From the NCBI GenBank assembly GCA_964016885.1, contig OZ024746.1, positions 43,896,001-43,960,000 of the forward strand: a DNA stretch of 64,000 nucleotides. The letters run 5' to 3'. Made by a program: the position numbers and the translations under genes. Of this stretch, positions 53,721-64,000 are shown in pieces; positions within the stretch are counted from its first letter, which is position 1, and each line of letters starts with the position of its first letter. The notes below the pieces were generated by a model. The model was not told the DNA's origin and did no database searches. It was given only the letters and a program-made list of their open reading frames with translations. This DNA comes from Eledone cirrhosa (Eukaryota).

Positions 53721-56630
53721 AATAATAATAATAATAATGATTTCTTTATAATAATAAGCCCCAAACAACCTTTTTAAAGCAGGAAATTGATTGCAATACT
53801 GAACAATATTAATTTTTTTTGTCTCATCTTTCTCCAAATTCAAATTCTATTAAATGATCAGCTTTGCCTTTAAACTATTTGGAGTTGATAATGTAGTATT
53901 AATAATTTAGTGCAGTTGATTAAATTAAAACATACCTCAAATCTAAAAATAAATTTGACTTTGGGTCTCATAAAAAAAATATAATAGTGTTTGATTTTTA
54001 AAGAAAAAAACATATTGCTAAATATAAAAGTCAGGAAAACTAAAATTATATTAATAAATAAAATGTTTTATAAAGGATAATTCAAAATAATATGATTGGA
54101 AATGGGTACAGGAAAATCACAAGAATATGCATCAATATTTGATAATTATATTGCATTTGCAGAGAACAGAAAATTATTATTTTCAGCCAAGAGGTTTTAA
54201 AAACAAATTTCAACATATTTTTGTCAAATTATGCTTTAATAAATTAAATGTTATAAATATTTTAAATGGAAATAGTTTTAGTAAGGTATGTACTTTTAGA
54301 AATTACTCTAATGAAAAATATATGTAATCGCTCTTTCTCTGCATTTTCCAACAAATATCCTTAGGAGAAATTAAACATTATCCATCAATGTAATTGTGAC
54401 GTTTTAAATTTAACTTTCATTAAAACATCCTGATATAAACTACATCAAATTGTTTTCATTCTCTATTCAATAGTCAGCTATTCTTTCTGTTTCAATCTGT
54501 AAATTACTTTCTTCAATTTAAGCTATGATCTTAAAAATCAAGCATGAAGAGTATTATAGTGAATTGTGTAAATTTCAGAGGTGACTGACAATTGTGAGTT
54601 TGATTTTCTGTTTACCTTCACTTATACTTACATATGTCTGGAGATATATAATCAATGTGATTTTGAAGTGGATGTATATAACTAGATAGATTAGAGTTAG
54701 TTTGTTATTTTTTCCTGACTCTTTTCAAGACTTTCTAAAGCATATATCTTTTGACTTGAATGAGTGGTTAGTGACGTTTATCTCAAAAGTATTGCCTAGG
54801 TTTTTAATAGTTTTAACTCTTTTGTTACAGTATTTCTAGTGAAATATCTATGGCTTATGTTTGAAAATAAAAAATTTGGAGAAATTTAGTAATATAACTA
54901 ACTTTCAAAATACCAAGCTGGTGTTTTGTAACATAATTTAAAGGTTTTTTTTACCTATAATTACGATGAAAGGCATTTAGATCAGTATAAACTCTTTAAA
55001 ACTGTTATATATTGTTGAACCCAGGGTAGTTTCAGATAGTCTGGCTATCAAAAGGGTAAAGGTAAATTAAAAAAACAACATATTGCTTTAGATAATCAAT
55101 AATTATTGTTTTATTTATTACATTAGAAAATGTGTGTCGTTTAGAAATTGACTTACTTTTCTGGTATTATGTTAGATACATGCAATGTGTGTGTGTCAGA
55201 AAGGAGCTAGATAAGTTATGACCAGTAGCATAAATTTAATTTCCTAAAATATATATCGTCTTTGATAAGCGGAATATTCAGAAAGCTACATTGGTAAATA
55301 TGGATCAAGCAGTAATAAATAACAAAATGTGAAAATATTTAAACCTGAATAACAAAAGATGTAAATCAGCTTGTTAGAAATGAAATCAGATATTTCAGAT
55401 AATTTACAAATGCAGGCCATAAGATAAAATATGTTGCCAGTAAACCATTCCAGGCATTCATTCATGTACAGTTTTAGAGCTAGTTTCTTTTTCCTTAAAC
55501 ATATATGGTTCAAATATTGCTCGAGCCAATATCTATAATTATATATATTTACAAAATATATATATAAGTAACAAAGTTATTACTTGTAAGTAAATAACAT
55601 ATTAAAAAATAGTATAACACAACTACAGTTATTCTAAATGTATTTGAAAGAAAAAATTTACAAAGAGGACTGTGCCACTTTTCCTCTTATTCTAACAAGC
55701 AATTTGTTTATACCCGAGTTGACCAATTACAACCTGTTGCATCTAGGCCCATAAACATTTATCTCTTTAAAATTGGTACATATTACTTGATGTCGGTCAG
55801 ATTTTTCTCTTTCTAGCTATTACAATTCAATTAACATTTCCAGTTTTCAAATATATAAGAATCTCTACAGGTAATTAATGTCTATTCTCCTACACAACAT
55901 TAACAGAAGAATTAAATATTGTGGACTGTTTTTTATAGTTCTTATAATTGGTTTGAATATCTGATGATACATGCTTCTCTGTGATGAATGTAATATAAGG
56001 GACAGTTATATATTAGGTATTAGTAGGTAGGGTTAATAAGGTCAAGAGTTTAAATCCAATAGCAAAGCAAAATATGAAGGCTGGAAGTTCAGGGTATAGG
56101 TTTTACAACAGTGAACTGTTTCTATGAAACCTATATAAAACTAAATTGACTTAATTCAAAAGACTTAAGGATGTTAGCAATGACTAATGTATCAACTGTT
56201 GCTACCTCAACAGTATTACAAAAAGATGTATAAATAACTACGGTGACATATATGTGCACCCTTGTCCAAGTTTCACATAGTGTGATAGAACCCAAGACGA
56301 CATGGTTGCAAAGCAAGCATCTTATTAATATAGCCATAGCTGAACCATGTAAATAAATATAAACGTGTGTGTGTGCGTGTGCGTGTGCGTGTGCGTGTGT
56401 GTGTATGTGTTTGCTTGTGTATTCGCACAAACAAGATTGCTTCGTTTAAGCTACTGGTGGAATTATGTAGTCTGGAAATATCTCATTAAGTGTAATAACT
56501 GAACATTGTAATTCATATCATGCAACTCACTTTCATGAACATGAACTGTGTTACCTTTCCACCCATGACTATACTTTTCTCTTTGCAATATAAATTAAAG
56601 TGACCAATTATCCTATAATGGTATGTGTGA

Positions 56631-56675
<45 letters not shown>

Positions 56676-59600
56676 CATATTCAACTTCAGTATCATTTTA
56701 TATGCATTATTCATGTTAGCATGGATTGCAGAGGTTGTTATAAACAAGACTAGATATTCCATTTTTAGTATTGTTTCTGCAGCCAGATGCCCTTCATAAT
56801 GGCAACCAATTTATAAAATGTAGTGGATGCATTTTATTATGAAAATGTCTATATTTTTTGAGAAGCTGGAGCTTTTTCAATTGTAACATTAAGTTTCATG
56901 TTTCATATTAGTATAAATGGTGATTCTAGAGAATAAGAAATGGATAGGTCATTATTACCTCTCTCTTGGTGATAAAGAGACAACTGCATGAAGTATGTGT
57001 AAAACTTGTGATGCTGCATCATAGTGAGACATAAGTATCAGAGGTATGTAGAGGCTCGAATGGAACATACCATTGGATATGGAAAATTAACTTGTAGGAA
57101 TAATTAAATAGAAGTGATATAACAAAATCTGGGCATTAAAGGGATCAACTACCATATAAAATGACTGATTGTGAAAAAGTATTTTAAGCTGAAGATGGAA
57201 AGTATTTGTAGCAGAGGCAAATCACAGAAGATATGTGAGAAAGTGATGTATTCAGATCTATGATGGTCGATTCAGATAGAAAGGATGCAGAATCAGGATA
57301 GATGGTGATATTCCCGCCAGCAGAAGCCTCCAAGCCTTGCCAGCATGGAAAATTGATGCTATGATGATGATAATGATGAAGAAGAGGGAGATAAAAATAA
57401 CTATTTTATCTTTTACATAAAGAAATTGAATTAAATAATGATTTCTGCAGTTTGAAATTAAATTAAAAACAAAAGCAATTTAGAATGATTATGTGATAAT
57501 ATGAAGGAAATTACAAACTCACCATGACAGTGAATGGTTGAAGAAGAACTCTGACAAATACAGAACACAAAAGCACAATTGTAAAGCTTCTTCTATTGGA
57601 GCTATATTGTGAAGACAATGGAATTGATTCTCATCTCTTTTTCTATTCATCCTGGCATAGACAAGATGCCTCTGCTTCCATTACATTCATCACCTTTTTG
57701 ACTATAGGTTAAACTGACACAAGAGCAATATAGTACCCACATTTCATCTAGAATCATTTATTGATTGAGACAACCATTTTAGAGTTATTTCTTGATTATC
57801 ATCATTTCAGATGCAGTTCTATATTGCAGTACCATAATGTATTTTGAAAATTATCTTTCATCATATTTTTATTAACATTTTTATTCTAACTGATTCTGGT
57901 TTTTGCTTGCATTTGTTCCACTTTGATATATATAGCTTTCATTTTAAATCCTAACCGAGGAGTAAAGGCATCACCCAGATTCCATCAGAACAGCTTGTAA
58001 TCAGAAAGGTTGTGAGATGAGTGTTATATTTACTATAGATCTATAAAAGATGGAGGTTTCTACATTAAAATACATTAAAAAACTAATGTAAGTCAGCATA
58101 TAATGCTGGGTATTAAGAAAAGCTAAAAAAGTAGTCTGTAAAAGAGAGAAATAATGTGTCACTAGCTACAATGGAAGGAGTTGATTTTAAGTTAGGACAT
58201 TAAGAAGAATGGGATCAATTATGATAGCTGTAATAGAGACAAAGATAACATCACATAATAATTAGCAAGGAATTGAAGATTTTTCACTATTGGCGGGTTA
58301 ATTGTTTGAATCATAGATTTCTCCTTAAGATATTCTATGACATGTGAGATTAAATAAATTGCTCCCATATATGAAACTTCATAGAGAAACTTGCAACATA
58401 ATTGGGAGTCAACTGTTGTTGAAATCCTAAATTTTTCTTTAAAATACTTTAGGGTTAGCATATATGAGCTAGTTTAAATTCATAAAAATTAATGTGCTTT
58501 GTTTTCTTCGTGAAAATAAATTTTTAAGAGAACCAAATACTATTAAATTCTACCATATTGTCAGATTTCCATTAGTAAATGTAATATAGATCTCCATTGG
58601 TGAAAACATGACAGATTCAGCTGAAATTAGCAATATTAGATTTCAAGAATGTGGGATAATGGAGGATTTTGACGGAAAACTGCTGTTAAAGATAACAGGA
58701 AAACCACTTTTAAAGATAACAAAGAGAGCTTTAAATAAAGATAATAAATGGGATATATCTGTGTCGAAGTGTTGGGGACACTAGAATTTGGAAATAGGAA
58801 TCAGGTGTGTAATCAACATGGATTGTTAATGATAAAATAATACAAAAACTATACAAAGAAAATAAGACCATCTAACTTTATGCAGTGTATAAGACAAATG
58901 GGATAAAAAGCTAAACAAAGCTTTATCACCTTCTTAGTTTTAATGTAATAAACAGTAAATCATTGATAAACATTTTCATTCTTTTTATCTCCAAACATAA
59001 ATCAAAAATAAAGTTTAAGTTTATCAACTTTTAAAATTGATATTGCTTCTTATTTGACAAGATAACCTAAGTAATTTTGCTGAAAAATTCCTCCGAGTTT
59101 AGATGCATTCAAATTATGTGATGTTTCAACTGATAACTTATAACTCAATTATATATAAGTAGGAAAAATAATTAAATCAGTTAAAAATAAACTCAATAGT
59201 TATGTCCAATCTATTTAGAATGGGTAACACATAAAGCAAAAGTTTTACTTAGCAAAAAAAGAAGAAAATATAAGATTAGTAGTTCTAGATAAGTTTCCTT
59301 CAGTATTTTTCAGTAATTATTCGAATTGCTTTTTAATACCTTGAGGTATTATTTATCAACAATTTGAAAATAAAATATTTCAGAACTTTAATTTAACAAG
59401 ATGTTAGTTATTTGGTGGGTACTTAGCAAATTACTTTACAAAATTTCACTTCTAATAATTGTTTCTAATTTAGACACAGGGTCAGAGAATTTAAAGAAAA
59501 GGAAAATTTAACCCCAGTACTTGACTGGTGTTTTATATTATTGATCCCAAAAAAGAAGAAAGTCAAAGTTAACTTTTGCAGGACTTAAATTCAGAATGTA

Positions 59601-59871
59601 AAGAGCCAGAACAAATACTGTAAAGCATTATCTATGTCTACTTTTCAAGATTACATAATTTTATACATATGTTCCATAGTGCAATTAAAGAAATACATAT
59701 ATAAATCATAAAAGTTAAGTTTGTCCTAATTTTTAAAGGGTATTACAGAATGACATTAACAGCATATTATCTCACTAAATGCCTGACAGTATTTTTTACA
59801 CTGGTGGAATTTAAGAATACAATTTTTCATTAGTAAGCTGTTATTAATGAGAAATGAAGAAGAAAAATTCT

Positions 59872-60200
59872 CTAATATGTCGTCCACGTCTTTGTCCCGG
59901 CCAACAGGATGGAGAAGATATTGCTCTGGAGGATGGAGAGGAAGCCACGCTGGAACAGCCACTCCACCTCACAGGGCTCACACCTGTGAACAACCAACTC
60001 TGCTCTGATAGCAGTGAGCAGGGATGTGGTCTGGGGGCCAAGAATACTGGAGGTCTCCACTGCTACAGGCTTTACCACAAACCTATCAATACTTGGACAG
60101 TTTGCCCTCTCCAGCCGGGTGGGCAGTGAAACCTGGGTTGGTAGCCAAATGCACCAGGTTGTTGCTTTCTAATTCAGCCAGAGTAGTTTATGCCTCCTGA
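59872..60200 (-). mobile_element. CRE-like non-LTR element C-terminal restriction-like endonuclease fragment
   Basis: KLSKY..PVAVETSSILGP..EP.E..WLFQR..LSILQSN..SIL matches the P.A.ET.G..G / L.QRLS.A.Q.GN pattern; locally GC-rich. Confidence 0.6.
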
Positions 60201-61605
60201 TAATATGCTTCTGTGTCTCAGCCATCGATGTAACTCAAAGTTTAAACCTGGGATTGATAAAACAAATACTAATTAGACTCTAAATGTTTCATTCAACTAC
60301 ACCTGCTCCTCCAAAAACCAACTTTTTGTCTAGTTGAAAGAAATCAATATGACACATACTTCTAAATTCCACAAGTGTCTAGAAAATTAATCAATATAAA
60401 GACCTCTGTTTGTTAAATACTAGTTCCTTACTCAGCAGTTCTCGATCTTACTAACACAGCACAAACAAATCATCTTTCAGTTTTTAAAATGTTAAATACA
60501 TTTGAATAATTATTTTTATGTTTTAATCAATGGTTAAAATCTGCGCATTATAAAAGTTAATAGTTCTGCATTATTGGAACATATTTTATAATGTGTGTAT
60601 GCCCTCCTATATATACAATTTTCATGATGCTAGCAATCAAATAACTTTCACACTCCATAATGTACCCCCTTCTGTTCTCTTTGGAGATTATAGTTTTAAA
60701 ATAAAACCTACAAAAATAAGTTAATTTAGGTTTTAATTAATGAAATAACTGTATCTGTCATTTCAAAACATTTTCAGTAATTTTATTAATATAAAGTGTT
60801 GATTAGTGGTTCAAATAGAGAGAAACCTATGTATAGTAAAATGAAAACTAGACAAACAGTTTTCATTACTATACTAATATTCAATGAAAATTATAAACTC
60901 TTAAGCTCCATATTAGAATTTGATAATTTTGTAGGGATGTTATATCATTACAGCATAAAATGTTCACTATTATGATTTTCAAGCAATAAACCATGATAGT
61001 TATGAAAGTAGCTAACATTATTCACAGCAAAGAGCACTTAAGCTACTTAAAACAATTATCCATATGTGAGCAAGAAACCACAAGGAGATAAAACATTGTA
61101 TAAACAACTTGCCATATGAAATTTTGGCATTAAGCATTGAATTGATTAATCATAAAGTGGGGTTGGAATGGAGATAATAAATGACTGAGGATTTTATTTT
61201 ATTTTATTTATGTAAATAATTAAATAGAAAGCTAAAAAGCAAAAGAAATGTGGTGCCATTAATATATGGTTCAAATATTAAAGGTTTTTGTTTAATTTAG
61301 TTAATCAGCTGACATAGCTTTGATATAAATGAAAGCTAGAAGGCTGCTCCAGGAGTTTTCTAAAATATCAATATTATATATAGTTTGCCTAAATGGTTTA
61401 CATGTAAAGACACACACTCATACATATACACAACAGGCTTCTGCACAGTTCCCATCTACCAAATTTATTCACACCATTGGTTAGCTTCAGGCTACAACAG
61501 ACAACACATGCGCAAGATGCTATGCAGTGGAACACACACATACGCATGTGTGTTTGTGTGTATGCACACATAAACACATATATATCGTCATTATTATATG
61601 TCCAA

Positions 61606-61790
61606 GGGCGGTGGATTGGCAGTATCGGTAGAGGGTCGGACGCCATGCTTTCCAGCATAGTTACGTCCCTTTACGATCTGAGTTCAAATCCCGCCGAGGT
61701 TGACTTTGCCTTTCATCCTTACGGGGTCGATAAAATAAAGTACCAGTAATGCACTGGGTAATTGCTGGCCTTGTGCCTAAAGTAGAAACA
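61606..61790 (+). mobile_element. SINE family B, full length
   Basis: 15-bp TSD attattatatgtcca at 61590-61604/61791-61805. Confidence 0.92.
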
Positions 61791-61805
61791 ATTATTATAT
61801 GTCCA

Positions 61806-62640
61806 TTTATGCTTGCATGGGTTCTCTTCAACACATCTCTCCACTCACTGCATTCCTTTTTCTTCTCTGAGTCTCAGCGATTTGAAATCAGTTCTCATCA
61901 TCTCTGCCCAGGTCATTCTTGGTCTGCCTCTACTGCAGCTTCCTTCTACTGGGATTTTCTGGCACTTCTTCACCCAGTAATCATCATCAATGCACATAAT
62001 ATATGTAGTCTTCTCTCTTGCATAGCACCACAGATTGCTCTTCAACCTAGTTTCTCCTTTAATTCATCCAGGCTCTCCTTTTCTTTTACATTTACATTGC
62101 ACATCCAATGAAGCATGGTTTCTTCATTTCTCTCCAGCCTACACATGATCTCTGCAGTCACTACCCATGTTTTACTACCATGCAGCCTTGCACAAACATC
62201 ATACAGTTCTCTTTTTGTACATGAGGAGAAATTTTTTGTTGTCAACAGTTCTCTAAACTTCTTTCATTCTATCCTTATTCTAGCTATTAAGCTCTGGTCA
62301 CCTAAATAACAGAAGCTATCCTTCATATGATTGGAAAAAGTTTATATCACTGACACTCTTCTTCACAATTACCCCTGAATATCTTTTACATACAAAGTCT
62401 TCCCTTCCTGTTAGTCTACCTGATATTTTGTGTATCAAAGACTTACATTGTGTACATCATATAGAGTTTACACTTACTCCTTTTCTACATATTGAGCAGG
62501 GCTACATCCCAGAAGTTATCAGGGTCCTATCTTATGTATGCATGATCCCATAACTCCTGAGGGAGTTGTAGGGACATGTGGCATTTCTAGGGCATTTTAA
62601 AACCTGGTGGAGCTCATCTTTTTTCTAAGTCTGAATACAG
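61806..62640 (-). mobile_element. Decayed RTE 3' fragment
   Basis: LHGSKTW..RLERNE..LHWMC and RGRPRMTW. Confidence 0.8.
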
Positions 62641-62659
62641 CAAAGAGATATAGCAGAAC

Positions 62660-62800
62660 TGATCCCAGTACTTGACTTGTATTTTTTTTATTGACCTCAA
62701 ATGGATGAAAGGCAAAGTTGACCTCAGTGGAATTTGAACTCAGATAGCAGAGACTTGAAAGGAATACTGCAAAGCATTCTATCCAACATTCTAATGACTC
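62660..62800 (-). mobile_element. Diverged SINE-B-related copy (similar relics at ~59455-59620 and ~52170-52310)
   Basis: ggatgaaaggcaaagttgacctc..gaatttgaactcag. Confidence 0.7.
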
Positions 62801-63057
62801 TGTTAAATCATCACTTGTGTCCTAACTTATACATATACATATATATATATACTTACACACACACTCACACACATATATATATATATATGTATACATATGT
62901 ACATGAAAGAATACAAATAAAAGATGGAAGAAATGGGGGTAGAAAGACTGTCTGCATAAACATATATAAATTATATGATGAATAGATAAAAACAATTACT
63001 TTTATAGTATACTATATTTTGGTTATATATAAATATACATGTATATTTATACATATA

Positions 63058-63100
63058 CTAGCAGCCTACCGGCATTTGCCCCAGTCTACATTGTGCTTAA
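63058..63100 (-). mobile_element. Possible Helitron 3' terminus
   Basis: CTAG at 63058-63061 next to a degenerate ccggcatttgcccc hairpin, similar to 40103. Confidence 0.3.
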
Positions 63101-64000
63101 CTCTATTCATAAGACACCTATTGTCATCTGTTGTAATGTCCATTTTCTTTAGAATAAAAGATATTAAAAGGTATTTAAATATTACATAACAGAATTTTAT
63201 AAATTTATTTAGAATATCTAAATACAGAAAGTAATAAAGAAAAGAATAGAAAACTATATTCTATGAAAATTATAAAACATTTACAGAACTTCAGTATATT
63301 CAATAATTTTAGCAGCGATAGATTTATATAGGTCTGGCTACCTATTTGTGAGAGATTTTGTTGATGGCATTCAGTATGATGTTTTGGGGAGCAAGGATTG
63401 CTCTTTCACAGCCACTCCTCATGAGAATGGTGGATTTCGAAATTGGGGAACAATTAATTAAGCTTATAGCACTTTCCACAAAATACCTATGAGTATGAAT
63501 ATACATTTATGTGTATTGTATGTGTACGGGTATGCTTATATATGGATAGATGTATGTATGCTTTTAAAGGCACGAGGCATGTAAATGTGTGTGTGTGTGT
63601 GAGTATGTGTGAAGATATATCTATGTGTGTGTATGTGTGTATATGTATGTGTGTATGGACATGGGGGTCCGTAAATATATTGTTTGATTACATGTACGAA
63701 AAGGAGTGGTTGGTGGCTATGTGTATTAATAAAACAAACTGGTATATATAGCTAACATAATAAAATAAGCATTAATAAACCCTAGATATTTTTAGCCATT
63801 ACTTGCTTCCGTAGAATTCCTAACATTAATGCTCAAAAAATTACGTACCAAGGTAAAATTTGATTATAACTCCAGTAAATACTAGTATAGTTGCACAAAC
63901 AACAGACATAGATTATATTAACATCACAATAGGATTGCTTATAATACCAGGTAGAACAACTATTATGAAAAGTACCATTAAATAATTCTGGCAATTCTAA

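Noticed and set aside
58200-58900. Short ORFs in a moderately complex region
   Set aside because: Frequent stops and no recognisable motif.

Overview
This is AT-rich eukaryotic repeat DNA. The SINE and RTE content resembles an octopod cephalopod genome (inference from recognition, no search run). I can support no host protein-coding gene, and most long ORFs in the track are (TA)n/(CA)n microsatellite artefacts. The window holds a nearly complete Penelope-like element (PLE, 19039-23803) with ~430-bp direct pLTRs, an intact 449-aa ORF1 and an RT/GIY-YIG ORF that overlaps ORF1 in the -1 frame at a U_UUU_UUA slippery heptamer. It also holds a near-intact RTE LINE with a PHD-like insert, a CR1 LINE, CRE, Helitron and other LINE remnants, two tRNA-derived SINE families, a bipartite RTE-derived non-autonomous element forming a ~1 kb palindrome, and a short tandem repeat carrying tRNA-like units. 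The main signal the ORF track misses is about 13 type I hammerhead ribozyme (HHR) motifs (complete, core-mutated or half) in the first 40 kb. Most sit in short non-coding elements embedded in (TA)n, and three of these elements are truncated at the ribozyme and capped by a fold-back inverted duplication. All folds and alignments were done by eye.
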